DNA of 64,000 nt from Gemmatimonadales bacterium (GCA_048499805.1 JASNZF010000001.1:303551-367550); one strand, 5' to 3'. Numbered from the stretch's first letter, positions 7,863-18,442 are shown. Numbers and translations are program-made. The notes: generated by a model not told the origin, from the letters alone.

Positions 7863-10586
7863 GTGGCCGCCCGACCCGTCCGGCCCGCTGAGGAACTGCC
7901 CCCCTACGCGCTCAGCCCGGCTGACCTCTGCCGACATCTCCATGCCTCCCTCTCGGGGCTGACCGCGGGGGAGGCGGCGGCCCGGTTGGCCGCGATTGGC
8001 CCCAACGAGGTCCGCCGGAGCGCGGGGCCTTCGGTGTGGGCCCTCCTCCTGCGCCAGTTCCGCAGCCTTCTCACCATCATCCTGCTCGTGGCCACGGCAC
8101 TCTCCGCGGCGATGGGGCACGGGGTGGAGGCGCTCGCCATCACCGCGGTCGTCCTCTTTTCCGTCGTGCTGGGATTCATTCAGGAATACCGCGCTGAACG
8201 GGCCCTCGAGGCACTGCAGCAGATGGCCGTGCCCGCGGCGACGGTGGTCCGGGATGGCCGGCAGGTGGAGGTGCAGGCCCGATCGGTGGTGCCCGGCGAT
8301 CTGCTGGTCCTGCGCGCCGGTCATCGGGTGGTCGCCGACGCCCGCCTGGTGGAGGCGGTGGACCTCGCGACGGAGGAAGCGGCGCTGACGGGGGAGTCCA
8401 TTCCGGTAGCCAAGCACACGGATACCCTGGCCGAGGCCCCACTGGTGCCGGCTGACCAGCTGAACATGGCGTTCGCCGGCACGCTTGTGAGCCGGGGCCG
8501 GGGCCTGGCGCTGGTGGTGGCCACGGGCATGGAGACGGAGTTCGGCCGGATCGCGCACCTCCTGGAAACGGTGCAATCGCCCCCGACACCGTTGCAGGCA
8601 TACCTGGAGCGGCTCGGGCGTGCGCTGGCGCGGATGGCGCTGGTCGTGGTGGCGATGGTCGTGGCCATCGGGTTGTCCCGGGGGCAGCCGCTGATCGAGA
8701 TGCTGGTGTTCGGCGTGGCCCTCGCGGTGGCGGTGGTGCCCGAAGTGCTCCCGGCCGTGGTCACCATCTCCCTTGCCGTCGGGGTGCAGCGCCTGGTACG
8801 GCGGCGGGCACTCATGCGGCGATTGCCGGCGGTGGAAACGCTGGGCAGCACTTCTGTCATCTGTTCCGACAAGACCGGCACGCTGACGCGGAACGAGATG
8901 ACGGTGCGCCAGATGCTGGTGGCAGGTGAGCTCGCGGCAGTCTCCGGGGCAGGCTACGCGCCGATCGGGGAGTGCCGATGGAACGGTCGGTTGGCCGGAT
9001 GGTCCGGCCCGCCAGATGACCCCCTTCGTGGGCCGCTGGAGCGACTGCTATCCGCTGCGGCCCTTTCCTCCGATGCCCGCCTGGAGCAGGACCCGGCCAG
9101 CGGGGACTGGTCGATCCAGGGAGACCCCACCGAAGCGGCCATGGTGGTGGCGGCGGCCAAGGCCGGGCTCTCCCAGGCGGGTCTCATGTCACGCTTCCCC
9201 CGGGTGGGTGAGATCCCGTTCGCGGCCGATCGCATGCGAATGACCACGGTGCATGCGACCCCACTCGGCATCGTCGCGCATGCCAAGGGCGCTCCGGAGG
9301 TCATCCTCCCGGACTGCGCCCGCCAGATGTTGCTCACGGGAGATGCCGTGCTCGGCGAATCGGCCCGTGCGGCCGTCCTGGCGGCGGGGCAGTTGATGGC
9401 CAGCACAGGGCACCGGGTGCTGGCGGTGGCGTCGGGTGCGGGGCCGACTCTGGAGGCCGCCGAAGGGGATCTGACCCTCCTGGGGCTGGTGGGGATCATG
9501 GATCCACCTCGGGACGAGGCCCGGGCTGCCGTCCAGCGCTGCCAGGAGGCGGGGGTCCGCGTGGTGATGATCACCGGCGATCACCCACTCACCGCCCAGG
9601 CCGTGGCCCGGGAGCTCGGTCTGCTGGGCCAGGGGCGAATCATGACGGGTCCCGAGCTGGCTCTGCTCTCGGATCGCCAGCTGCAGGCCGATATCCGGAA
9701 CGTGGAGGTGTTCGCGCGGATGTCGCCGACCCACAAGCTGCGGATCGTGTCGGCGTTGCAGGGGGTGGGCGAGGTGGTGGCGATGACGGGGGACGGCGTC
9801 AATGATGCGCCCGCGCTCAAGCAGGCGGACATCGGCGTCGCCATGGGGGCTGGCGGAACGGATGTGGCGCGGGAAGCCGCGGCACTGACGCTGACCGACG
9901 ACAACTTCGCGACCATCGTGGCCGCGGTGGAGGAAGGGCGCGGCATCATCGGCAATATCCGCAAGTACCTGATGTTCCTGCTCTCCTCCAACGTGGGCGA
10001 AATCGGACTGATCACGATCGCGGCGATGGCGGGACTGCCCATGCCACTGACCGCCGTCCAGATCCTGTACGTGAACCTGGCCACCGACGGATTGCCGGCG
10101 CTGGCGCTGGCCATGGATCCACCCGAGGCGGATCTCATGCGGCGCCGCCCCCGTCCCAGGGGAGCGGGTATCTTTACGCGACCGATGATCCTGCTCATGC
10201 TGGTGGGGGGCGTCTGGTCGGCGCTAGTCAACCTGGCGGTCTTTGTGTGGGCCCTGCGGAGCGGTCGGGACATGGTCGACGCGATGACGCTGACCTTTGC
10301 TTCCCTGGTGCTGATCCAGCTGGTCAAGGCGTTCAATTTCCGGTCTGATCACCGACCGGTGTATGAGCGTCCCCTGGCCAATCGATGGCTCGACCTCGCG
10401 GTTGCCTGGGAACTGGGGCTGTTGGTCCTAGTTGTCCAGTGGTCGGTCCTCCAACGACCGTTCGGTACCGCCGGCCTGGGCGTGAAGGACTGGCTGCTCG
10501 TCGCCGGGGTGGCGTTGACCGTGGCGCCGATCCTGGAGGCGATGAAGTGGGCCGGGCGGCGGGGATGGCTTGGCGCGTATGATTGA
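7863..10586 (+). CDS. Cation-translocating P-type ATPase (P2, Ca2+-type)
   Basis: TGES, PEVLP, ICSDKTGTLT, KGAPE, MITGD, GDGVNDAPALK and LATDGLPALAL motifs. GTG 7863 follows GGAGGGAAGGA. Confidence 0.93.
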   Translation: MAARPVRPAEELPPYALSPADLCRHLHASLSGLTAGEAAARLAAIGPNEVRRSAGPSVWALLLRQFRSLLTIILLVATALSAAMGHGVEALAITAVVLFSVVLGFIQEYRAERALEALQQMAVPAATVVRDGRQVEVQARSVVPGDLLVLRAGHRVVADARLVEAVDLATEEAALTGESIPVAKHTDTLAEAPLVPADQLNMAFAGTLVSRGRGLALVVATGMETEFGRIAHLLETVQSPPTPLQAYLERLGRALARMALVVVAMVVAIGLSRGQPLIEMLVFGVALAVAVVPEVLPAVVTISLAVGVQRLVRRRALMRRLPAVETLGSTSVICSDKTGTLTRNEMTVRQMLVAGELAAVSGAGYAPIGECRWNGRLAGWSGPPDDPLRGPLERLLSAAALSSDARLEQDPASGDWSIQGDPTEAAMVVAAAKAGLSQAGLMSRFPRVGEIPFAADRMRMTTVHATPLGIVAHAKGAPEVILPDCARQMLLTGDAVLGESARAAVLAAGQLMASTGHRVLAVASGAGPTLEAAEGDLTLLGLVGIMDPPRDEARAAVQRCQEAGVRVVMITGDHPLTAQAVARELGLLGQGRIMTGPELALLSDRQLQADIRNVEVFARMSPTHKLRIVSALQGVGEVVAMTGDGVNDAPALKQADIGVAMGAGGTDVAREAAALTLTDDNFATIVAAVEEGRGIIGNIRKYLMFLLSSNVGEIGLITIAAMAGLPMPLTAVQILYVNLATDGLPALALAMDPPEADLMRRRPRPRGAGIFTRPMILLMLVGGVWSALVNLAVFVWALRSGRDMVDAMTLTFASLVLIQLVKAFNFRSDHRPVYERPLANRWLDLAVAWELGLLVLVVQWSVLQRPFGTAGLGVKDWLLVAGVALTVAPILEAMKWAGRRGWLGAYD

Positions 10587-10616
10587 GGGATGGATTCACC
10601 CAGACGCGGTGGAGGA

Positions 10617-11108
10617 ATGATGACCGGGCTTCGGTGTGCAGCGCTTGGTGGCACCCTCGTGGCCTTGTTGGCCGCGGGTTGCGAGGTCCGTGGGGAGGTG
10701 GAAGAACCCTTACCCGTGTTCCTGAACTCCGGCGCGGTCCTGCCCGCCACGCTCCCGTTCTCCGAGGGGGTTCGCCTCGGCTCCCTGGTGCTCCTCTCGG
10801 GCCAGATCGGGGTGAAGCCGGGGACCCTGGAACTGGTGCCGGGAGGGATGCCCGCCGAGGCCCGGCAGACCATGGAAAACATCCGCGCCAGCCTCGAGGC
10901 GAACGGCCTGACCATGGCCAATATCGTGAAGTGCACGGTGATGCTGGCGGACATGTCGGAGTGGGGTGCGTTCAACGAGATCTATGGCACCTACTTTGCG
11001 GCTCCCTATCTTGCCAGGAGCGCCTTCGGAACCTCCGGGCTCGCGCTGGGCGCACGGGTCGAGGTCGAGTGCATCGCCTCGGCACCCGGCAATCGGAGGC
11101 CGCAGTAG
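10617..11108 (+). CDS. RidA-family protein with a lipoprotein signal peptide
   Basis: GGAGGA then ATG 10617. Hydrophobic stretch ends in lipobox LAAG-C. PFSEGV, LSGQIG, IVKCTVML, ARS and VEVECIA are RidA motifs. Confidence 0.85.
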   Translation: MMTGLRCAALGGTLVALLAAGCEVRGEVEEPLPVFLNSGAVLPATLPFSEGVRLGSLVLLSGQIGVKPGTLELVPGGMPAEARQTMENIRASLEANGLTMANIVKCTVMLADMSEWGAFNEIYGTYFAAPYLARSAFGTSGLALGARVEVECIASAPGNRRPQ

Positions 11109-11187
11109 GCGTGTTCGGGGCATTGTGCACGGTGGCACGGCTGACTGCGTCACCATGGGTCTGGCGCGCCGGTCACCCCAGGGCGGT

Positions 11188-11216
11188 TTGACTCGCCCTC
11201 GCCTCCAGACGATACT
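11188..11216 (+). promoter_or_regulatory. Sigma70-type promoter for the bactofilin operon
   Basis: TTGACT (11188-11193), N17, GATACT (11211-11216), about 30 nt before ATG 11248. Confidence 0.55.
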
Positions 11217-11247
11217 CACCTCAATCTTCGTGTCAGGAGCAGCAACC

Positions 11248-11748
11248 ATGGCCATCTTTGGGAAGGACCACCCCCCCGCCAAGAAGGAACCCGCACCCAT
11301 GCCACCCACTGCCACCCCCGAGGTCCGGAACGAGGTCTCGCCGATCGCGGAGCCACCCCGCCGCCAACCCGAGCGCGAGGTCAAGGAGTCGGTCATTGCC
11401 GCCGGGCTGGTGATCGAGGGCAAGATTGAGGGCAGCGGCCACGTCCGGATCGCCGGTCGCTTCCAGGGTGACATCCACGTCCAGGGCGACCTCACGATTG
11501 CGGCAGGCGCCAAGGTCACCGGCTCCGTCCGGGCGGTGGCGGTGGTGATCGGGGGGGAGCTCGACGGCAACATCGACTCGGCCTCCCGGGTCGAGCTCCT
11601 GGCCACGGGGGTCCTCAATGGCGACCTGAAGGCAGGCTCGCTCACCGTGGCAGCGGGATCCCGAATGCGCGGCCAGGTGGAGTTCGGGTGGGAAGAGAAG
11701 CCGAGTGCCCGTGGTGGAGTCCTGGCGGGGGCTGTCGCCACTCCATGA
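11248..11748 (+). CDS. Bactofilin (polymer-forming cytoskeletal protein)
   Basis: SVIAAGLVIEGKIEGSGHVRIAGRFQGDI...GNIDSASRVELLATGVLNGDL beta-helix repeats after a Pro-rich N-terminus. AGGAG precedes the ATG. Confidence 0.93.
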   Translation: MAIFGKDHPPAKKEPAPMPPTATPEVRNEVSPIAEPPRRQPEREVKESVIAAGLVIEGKIEGSGHVRIAGRFQGDIHVQGDLTIAAGAKVTGSVRAVAVVIGGELDGNIDSASRVELLATGVLNGDLKAGSLTVAAGSRMRGQVEFGWEEKPSARGGVLAGAVATP

Positions 11749-12110
11749 GCACGGCCCGCACGGGGGTGGCCGGCAGCACCCGCACCTGCCCGCACTGCCG
11801 GGCGGTGATCCTGGAAAGCAGCAGCGTCTGCCCCTCGTGTCGCCACCACCTGCGTTTCGATCCCTCGGCCGCCAAGGGTACCACCCGGACCGAGACGGCG
11901 CTGAGCGTGGAGGGAACGATTCGCCATCCACCCGGTGCGCCCCCGTGGGAGTACGCGGTGGTGGTGGCGATCCGGAATGCCCGTGGTGAGGAGGTGGCGC
12001 GCCAGGTGGTGGGGGTGGGGGCACTCCAACCGTCCGACGAGCGCGTCTTCTCGCTCAGCGTCGAGGTGTTCGTGCCCCAGGAGTCCGTTTCCCGGAGCGA
12101 GGACGGCTGA
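11745..12110 (+). CDS. Small double-CxxC Zn-ribbon protein with a C-terminal beta-rich domain
   Basis: ATGA overlap with the bactofilin stop. CPHC-x10-CPSC, then a beta-strand-rich domain. Confidence 0.75.
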   Translation: MSTARTGVAGSTRTCPHCRAVILESSSVCPSCRHHLRFDPSAAKGTTRTETALSVEGTIRHPPGAPPWEYAVVVAIRNARGEEVARQVVGVGALQPSDERVFSLSVEVFVPQESVSRSEDG

Positions 12111-12128
12111 AGGCCCCGGGGTCTTCTT

Positions 12129-14201
12129 CTAGTCTGGCGGAGAGCGGAGCCAGGCCTCGAGTTGCGCCCGCAGCGAGTCGCGCAGGCCGGCATAGGCGGG
12201 GTCATCCACCAGATTGACCAGCGCCAGCGGATCCCGCCGGTGCTGGTAGAGTTGTTCCCCACCCCCGTTGACCATCACGAACTGCATCGAGTCGGTGACC
12301 ACGGAGGCGAAGCGACCTTCGCGGGAATACGCCGCGGCGGGGCCCCGGTCGGTGGTCGTCTCCTGCCAGAGTTCGGCGAGCGACTCCCCCCCGAGTCGGG
12401 GATCGGGCTCACCCGTCAGGTCGAGGATGGTGGCGGGAATCCGGTGAACCTCCACCGGCGCGGCAATCTCCCCCCCGATGGCCTCGATGCCGGCCCCCGC
12501 AATGACCAACGGGACGTGAACCACCGGCATCGCGACCGGTCCGCCGTGCCCCAGTCCATCCTGCTCCCCGAATTCCTCGCCGTGGTCGGCCGTCACGATG
12601 ACCAGGGTGTTCTCATGCAATCCCCGCTCCTCCAGCGCCGCCATCAGTGCGCCGAGCCGGTCATCGAGGTACGCGATGCTGGACTCGTAGGCCGTCAACA
12701 GTTGGTCCATCTCCTCGGGGGTGTAGTCCGCTGCCTCCCGGTCGGCGCCGACCCAGTAGGGTCCGGGTTGGTCGGTGAACCGGGAGGGCCATGGTGGCGG
12801 GGGGCGGTACGGGTTGTGGGCGTCGAAGTAGTTCAGGAAGGCAAAGAACGGCCGTGCCTCGCGGTGGTCGAGCCAGTGCAGGAATCGGGAATTGATCCGG
12901 TCGGCGTCCACCCGGCGAAGGGTCTGGTGGTCCCCCAGGACCTGTTCCCGGAACGGCTCCACCACGTGCCGTGCGAGCCAGGAATGGATGATGACCGTCC
13001 CGGGCATGAGGGGCTGGTCCTCCCAGCGACCGAAGCCCCGATCCAGGCCATAGAGGTCGGAGAGGTACTTGGTGTTGGCGACGAAGCCGGCGGTGGCGTA
13101 GCCCCGGTCGGTGAGGACCTCCGCAAGGACCGGAAAGCGATCATCGAGCGGCGTGTTCCAGTCCACCTCGAGCGCCCGAGCATCCCGTCCGGTGAACATC
13201 GCGCCGTGGGTGGGCAAGGTCCACGGGGCCGGGGTGATCGCCCGCTGAAACCAGAGCCCCTCGCGCGCCAGCTGCTCCAGGACGGGTGTGGTGGGCCGCC
13301 GGCCGCCGTGCAGGCTGGTACTCGCGGCCCGCTCGGTGTCGAGTACGATGAAGAGGACGTTGGGTACCCCGGCAGGCGCGGGACCGGCCGCCACCAGCTG
13401 CCGCCGCTCGCGCAGCACCTCCAGCACCGGGACCGTCACCCCCGCGACGACGATCAGGCCCACCAGCGCGGGCATGCTCCCGCGGACCATGCCCCACACC
13501 TCGCCGGCCCCCGGCGAGAGCTGGCGGCTGGCCTGCAGGGCGACACCCAGGCCCAGCACCACTGCGGCGAGGATGTGAATGCGCCCGGTGACCATGAGGA
13601 GTGCCACCGCTGCCAGCCCCAACAGGATTCCGATCCAGGTCCTTGGCGGGACGCGGGGCAGGAGTCGGGCGGCGAGCAGGAGGAGTGCCCCGGCCAGCAG
13701 GAAGACCAGAAGGTTGGCGAACGGGGACATCCAGACGGCGTGCTGGCTGATCCCGATGACTCCAGGGGTCTCGCGCCCCTGGAAGAAGACTCGCAGGACA
13801 TAGTACCACGCCTCGCCCACACCCGTGAGGAGGCCGATCCACGCTGCCGTCAGCAGCATCCTGCCCGTGGTCCTCGCCGGCGTTGCCGCGGCGGCCGGAT
13901 CCCCGGCGGACCGCCGCAGGCTGTGGCGGGCAAGGAGGCCGGCGACGATCACCAGCAGGAGGGTCCAGGCGACCACCACGAGGCCTGGGGCGATCTTCGC
14001 CCAGGTCTCGAGGTAGCCCTCCACGCCCCCTTCCCCCCGCCCAGGCATGAAGCGACCCAGGAAGGGGATGGTGCCAGAGTAGGCCCCGCGAATCAGGATC
14101 GGAACACCCCGGGTGAGCGCCCCCCACGCGAGCAGCGCAAGCAGCAGCCCGCCCGTCCATGCCACCAGGGCGGCACCCGGTCGACGGCCAATGGGGCTCA
14201 C
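12129..14201 (-). CDS. Membrane-anchored sulfatase-like (AlkP superfamily) hydrolase/transferase
   Basis: N-terminal multi-TM region, then [24 protein letters not shown] (Thr where formylglycine sulfatases have CxPxR), [18 protein letters not shown] and GLGHG. Confidence 0.85.
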   Translation of the reverse strand: MSPIGRRPGAALVAWTGGLLLALLAWGALTRGVPILIRGAYSGTIPFLGRFMPGRGEGGVEGYLETWAKIAPGLVVVAWTLLLVIVAGLLARHSLRRSAGDPAAAATPARTTGRMLLTAAWIGLLTGVGEAWYYVLRVFFQGRETPGVIGISQHAVWMSPFANLLVFLLAGALLLLAARLLPRVPPRTWIGILLGLAAVALLMVTGRIHILAAVVLGLGVALQASRQLSPGAGEVWGMVRGSMPALVGLIVVAGVTVPVLEVLRERRQLVAAGPAPAGVPNVLFIVLDTERAASTSLHGGRRPTTPVLEQLAREGLWFQRAITPAPWTLPTHGAMFTGRDARALEVDWNTPLDDRFPVLAEVLTDRGYATAGFVANTKYLSDLYGLDRGFGRWEDQPLMPGTVIIHSWLARHVVEPFREQVLGDHQTLRRVDADRINSRFLHWLDHREARPFFAFLNYFDAHNPYRPPPPWPSRFTDQPGPYWVGADREAADYTPEEMDQLLTAYESSIAYLDDRLGALMAALEERGLHENTLVIVTADHGEEFGEQDGLGHGGPVAMPVVHVPLVIAGAGIEAIGGEIAAPVEVHRIPATILDLTGEPDPRLGGESLAELWQETTTDRGPAAAYSREGRFASVVTDSMQFVMVNGGGEQLYQHRRDPLALVNLVDDPAYAGLRDSLRAQLEAWLRSPPD

Positions 14202-15079
14202 ATGTACCCGTCTTTCCGCAGGGTCTCCAGTCCGCCGCCATCGTCCTTGTCCTGGGCGCGGCCGGACCGCTCGGCGATGTTGGCGAACTTGCCGGTCCGC
14301 AGCTCGGCGATGATCTCCGACACGTTGCGGGCGCCCGACTGCACCGCGAGGGTGCAGGGGCCACAGCCGAGCGAGCGGTACCGGGTGCCATCGCCCTGGT
14401 CATAGTACAGCGACACGGTGGGGATCGCCTCGCGCTCGATGTACTCCCAGATGTTGAGCTCCGTCCAGTCGAGCAGCGGGTGGATCCGGAGGTGGGTGCC
14501 GGGCGCGAAATCGGTCTTGTACTGGTTCCAGAACTCGGGGGGCTGGTCGCCAACGTCCCACCCCGACTCCTGGTTGCGTGGCGAGAAGTAGCGCTCCTTG
14601 GACCGGCTCCCCTCCTCGTCGGCGCGGGCGCCCACGATCACCCCCGTGAACGGCTCGCGATTCGGGTCGGGCTCCCAGGTCCGCCGGGCCACGTTGAACC
14701 GGTACCGCGGCCACGCCCCGGAAAGGGTGTGCTTCAGCGCCTCGGTCTTGAGCAGTCCACAGCAGGTGATCCGGTCCACCGCCCCGTCGGGAAAGGTGCG
14801 CCCGGCGCGCAGCGCCTCCTCGTGCTGGCCGTAGATGATGTTGAGGTTCCACTCGGCGGCCAGGGTGTCCCGGTACCGGATCATTTCGGGAATCTTGAAC
14901 GAAGTGTCGATGTGCACCAACGGGAACGGGACGTGCCCGAAGAACGCCTTGCGCGCGAGCCAGAGCAGGACCGTGCTGTCCTTGCCGATCGACCAGAGCA
15001 TGCAGAGGCTCTTGAAGTTCGCATACGCCTCGCGGAGGATGTGCACGCTCCGGTGCTCCAGCTGGTCCAGGTGGTCCAT
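14198..15079 (-). CDS. cysD: Sulfate adenylyltransferase subunit 2
   Basis: [21 protein letters not shown]-loop [56 protein letters not shown] 15079 overlaps the cysC stop. Confidence 0.96.
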   Translation of the reverse strand: MDHLDQLEHRSVHILREAYANFKSLCMLWSIGKDSTVLLWLARKAFFGHVPFPLVHIDTSFKIPEMIRYRDTLAAEWNLNIIYGQHEEALRAGRTFPDGAVDRITCCGLLKTEALKHTLSGAWPRYRFNVARRTWEPDPNREPFTGVIVGARADEEGSRSKERYFSPRNQESGWDVGDQPPEFWNQYKTDFAPGTHLRIHPLLDWTELNIWEYIEREAIPTVSLYYDQGDGTRYRSLGCGPCTLAVQSGARNVSEIIAELRTGKFANIAERSGRAQDKDDGGGLETLRKDGYM

Positions 15080-15810
15080 CAGGCGCCTCCCAGTCCGCGC
15101 TTCGCCAGTTGCCGCAGGACCCGGGTCGTCGCCTCCTCGAGGGAGAGCTCCCGGGTGTCGAGTACCAGGTCCGGCCGGGTCGGCGGCTCGTAGGGATCGT
15201 CGATCCCGGTGAAGTTGCGGATCTCGCCGCGCCGCGCCCGCGCATACAGCCCCTTCACGTCCCGGCGCTCGCACTCCTCCAGCGGCGTGGCGACGTGGAT
15301 CTCCACGAAGTGCTGGCACATCGCCCGGACCGCCTCCCGCGATTCCACATAGGGCGAGACGAACGAGGCCACCACGATCACGCCGTGCTGCTCGAGCTTG
15401 CTGGCCAGGTAGCCCACCCGGCGGACGTGGGCGTCCCGCTCCGGCCGGGTGAACCCGGTGCTCGGAAAGAGATCCCGGATCGTGTCGCCGTCCAGCCGCT
15501 CGACCCGGAGGCCCCGGCGCCCCAGCTCGGCGGCGACCTGGTCGGCGATGGTGCTCTTGCCGGATCCCGAGAGCCCGGTGAACCAGACCACTCCCGGCCG
15601 CACCTCGTGCCGGCCGAACCGCGACCGATCCCAGGCCCGCTCGTGGAGCCAGAACAACCCGATCTTGGAGACGAACTCCAGCGCCCCCACCGCGAGGGAG
15701 AGGGTCAGCCGCCGGGTGAAGACGAAGACGAGCAGCGCCGTCGCGACGGTGCCCATGATCCGCCAGGAGATGGCCTTGGCCACTGACCGGGCGTGGGTCT
15801 CGTGAAACAT
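15079..15810 (-). CDS. cysC: Adenylyl-sulfate (APS) kinase with an N-terminal DUF2061-like membrane domain
   Basis: [30 protein letters not shown] and [12 protein letters not shown]-terminus [13 protein letters not shown]...LFWLHERAW is DUF2061-like. Confidence 0.93.
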   Translation of the reverse strand: MFHETHARSVAKAISWRIMGTVATALLVFVFTRRLTLSLAVGALEFVSKIGLFWLHERAWDRSRFGRHEVRPGVVWFTGLSGSGKSTIADQVAAELGRRGLRVERLDGDTIRDLFPSTGFTRPERDAHVRRVGYLASKLEQHGVIVVASFVSPYVESREAVRAMCQHFVEIHVATPLEECERRDVKGLYARARRGEIRNFTGIDDPYEPPTRPDLVLDTRELSLEEATTRVLRQLAKRGLGGA

Positions 15811-15812
15811 GC

Positions 15813-16604
15813 TCAGCCTTCCAGCCCGAGCACGAAGCTCGCGTTGCGGAGGTCGGGCTGGTTGTAGGCCAGCGGGGAGTGACGTGGGCCATCGATGCCC
15901 GAGTTCCGGAAGACGCAATCGCCGGCCGCCACGTCCCACTCCATGGTCGGGCCCAGGCGCGGATAGACATCCGCCGTCCCCTCCGCCACCAGGCAGAACT
16001 TGAGCGAGCTGCCCACCGGCACCCGCTCAGCCACCAGCTGCGTGGCCAGCCAGGCCTCGAGCTCGGCCGACGGGTGGGACCGGCTCTCGGCCACCCGCAG
16101 CGGCTGGCCCGGCGACGGGGGGGCGGACCAGATCCGTTCCGGCTCCCCGCCGGCCCGGGTCCGCCAGGCGCCCAGCCCCTGGCCGGCGTGGTACGTCAGG
16201 CCGCGCGCCGGGGCATGCACCACGCCAAGGACGGGAACGCCCCCCGCGATCAGCGCGATGTTCACCGTGAACTCCCCGTTGCGATGCAGGAACTCCTTGG
16301 TGCCATCGAGCGGGTCCACCAGCCAGAATCGATCCCATCGGGCCCGGGCCTCCGGGGGAGGGATGACGCCTTCCTCGCTGATCACCGGGATCGAGGGATC
16401 CCAGGCCGCCAGCCCCGCCACGATGACGTCGTGGGCAGCCCGGTCGGCTGCCGTCACGGGGCCGCGGTCTCCCTTCTGCTCCACCGCCACCCCGGCGTGG
16501 TAGTGGGCCAGCGTGGCGGCACCGGCCCGGTGCGCCAGGGCCACGAGGTGCTCCAAGCTGGCCGCCGAGAGGGGGACGCCATGCTCCACGCTGCGGCTCA
16601 CCAT
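15813..16604 (-). CDS. cysQ: 3'(2'),5'-bisphosphate nucleotidase
   Basis: [40 protein letters not shown] and [10 protein letters not shown] motifs. Confidence 0.94.
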   Translation of the reverse strand: MVSRSVEHGVPLSAASLEHLVALAHRAGAATLAHYHAGVAVEQKGDRGPVTAADRAAHDVIVAGLAAWDPSIPVISEEGVIPPPEARARWDRFWLVDPLDGTKEFLHRNGEFTVNIALIAGGVPVLGVVHAPARGLTYHAGQGLGAWRTRAGGEPERIWSAPPSPGQPLRVAESRSHPSAELEAWLATQLVAERVPVGSSLKFCLVAEGTADVYPRLGPTMEWDVAAGDCVFRNSGIDGPRHSPLAYNQPDLRNASFVLGLEG

Positions 16605-18442
16605 GGACGGAAGACCACGCCCTTCTCCTGCAGGTGCCGCTTCAGGCGGTCGACCCCGTCCACCTCGGCCTCCTGCGGGGTCAACTGGAGGCTGACCCCG
16701 ATCTCGGGCGCGGCGCCCTCTCCCACCCAGACCCACTCCAGCCGATCGGGATCGACCGCCGTTCGGAGGAGGTCGAGATCCTCCGGGGTCAGTGCCTCGG
16801 CGGTCACGATCAGGATGACGCCGGCGTCCAGCAGGATGTTGGCGATTTCGCCGAGGCGGCGGAGGTGCTCGGCGCGGTTGTCCGATTCGCGGGCCAGGTC
16901 GGCGTCGACGCCGTAGACGACGCCGGCCATGCCGAGGTAGTAGACCACCCGGCCCCCCTCGAAGAGCCGCGCCTCGAACTCCTTGGCCAGCGCCTTGCGC
17001 CCGGCCTCGTGGTCGCCGGTCACCAGGACCAGGGTGGCCCGCTGGCCGTACTGCTCCGCCCGCCGCTCCGAGGGGATGATGCTCGGTTCCCACTTCAGGT
17101 TGCGGAGCATCACCTTCTCGCGGACGGCGCTCTGCCGGTCGGGCAGCGCCTCGCGGACGATCCCCCCGCCGCGGATCTCGTAGTCGTCGACGATCACGAA
17201 GCGGCTGGTGGCGGCCAGGACGTCGGCGGTGTCGAACGCCATGGCCCGCTTGAGCACGAGGGTACACTCCGCCACCTCGTGGCGCTCGATGCGATCGCGC
17301 TCCTCGCTGGTGGTGAGGTCCGACGCGTCCACCACCCGGTGCACCGCCTCCAGCCGGGCCGGGACCCGGGCACTCCCCAGCTTGAGCAGGTACTCCTTCT
17401 GCCGCGTCATGGCCTCCCGGCCCAGCCAGAAGAGGCTCACCCGCAGCCGGGTGGTCACCGCGGGACGGGGCTGTCCGGCCAGCGTCGCCAGTTCGCCACG
17501 CCCGACGTAGATCTGCTCGTGCAGCGTAAACCCGGTCGCCGCGCCGGCCGAGGCCTCGGTCTGGGGGGGGCGATTGAAGGCCTCGATGCTGCGAACCCGG
17601 CTCTTCTTGCCCGAGGGGAAGAAGACCACCTCGTCGTCGACCCGCACGGTGCCGGTCTCGACCGTTCCCGCCACGATCCGCCGGTCGTCGCCGCCGGCGG
17701 TGAACTTGTAGACGTCCTGAACCGGCATCCGGAATGGCAGCGCCACGGGCGGGGGTTCCGCCTGGAAGGCGTCCAGGGCCTCCAGCACCGTCGGGCCGGT
17801 GTACCAGGGGGTGAGGGCGGAGCGGGAAGCGATGTTCTCGCCATCCCGGCTGCAGACGGGGATGAATCCCGTCGGGTGCACGGCGATCCGCTCGAGGAAC
17901 CCGCGATACTCCCGTTCGATGCGTGCGAACACCTCCGGGTCGTACTCCACCAGGTCCATCTTGTTCACCAGCACCGTGAGCTGCCGGATCCCGAGGAGCG
18001 ACATCATGTAGCCGTGCCGCCGGGAGTTCTCCCGGATGCCCTCCTTGGCATCGATCACCAGGAGCGCGGCCTCGGCGCGCGCCGCGCCGGTCACCATGTT
18101 CTTGAGGAACTCGATGTGGCCCGGCGCGTCCAGGATCATGTAGGGGCGCCGGGCGCTGCGGAAGAAGACCCGGGCCGCATCGATGGTGATGCCCTGGGCC
18201 TGTTCATCCTTGAGGGCATCGAGGACGAAGGCGTATTCGAAGGGCCGCGCGGTGCGGGCGCAGTGCGCCCGGATCGCCTCCAGGCGCCCCTCCGGCAACG
18301 AACCGGTGTCGGCCAGCAGCCGGCCGATCACGGTGCTCTTGCCGTGATCGACATGACCCCCGATGACGATCGTCATCCGGGGCCCTGCCTGCGGTGCGGC
18401 CACCGCCGTCGCGGTCGCCTCGGCCAGCTGCTCCCCGGCCAT
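16598..18442 (-). CDS. cysN: Sulfate adenylyltransferase GTPase subunit 1 with a degenerate C-terminal APS-kinase-like domain
   Basis: GHVDHGKST, QGITID, LDAPGH, NKMD and FRMPVQDV motifs. The C-terminal CysC-like domain lacks an intact P-loop. ATG 18442 overlaps the upstream stop. Confidence 0.92.
   Translation of the reverse strand: MAGEQLAEATATAVAAPQAGPRMTIVIGGHVDHGKSTVIGRLLADTGSLPEGRLEAIRAHCARTARPFEYAFVLDALKDEQAQGITIDAARVFFRSARRPYMILDAPGHIEFLKNMVTGAARAEAALLVIDAKEGIRENSRRHGYMMSLLGIRQLTVLVNKMDLVEYDPEVFARIEREYRGFLERIAVHPTGFIPVCSRDGENIASRSALTPWYTGPTVLEALDAFQAEPPPVALPFRMPVQDVYKFTAGGDDRRIVAGTVETGTVRVDDEVVFFPSGKKSRVRSIEAFNRPPQTEASAGAATGFTLHEQIYVGRGELATLAGQPRPAVTTRLRVSLFWLGREAMTRQKEYLLKLGSARVPARLEAVHRVVDASDLTTSEERDRIERHEVAECTLVLKRAMAFDTADVLAATSRFVIVDDYEIRGGGIVREALPDRQSAVREKVMLRNLKWEPSIIPSERRAEQYGQRATLVLVTGDHEAGRKALAKEFEARLFEGGRVVYYLGMAGVVYGVDADLARESDNRAEHLRRLGEIANILLDAGVILIVTAEALTPEDLDLLRTAVDPDRLEWVWVGEGAAPEIGVSLQLTPQEAEVDGVDRLKRHLQEKGVVFRPW

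Noticed and set aside
5274-8576. 1100-aa minus-strand ORF
   Set aside because: Antisense shadow of the ADOP permease and P-type ATPase, with no recognisable motifs.
15080-15970. N-terminal extension of the 590-aa ORF containing cysD
   Set aside because: It overlaps cysC in another frame. The real cysD starts at 15079 with a TGATG overlap.
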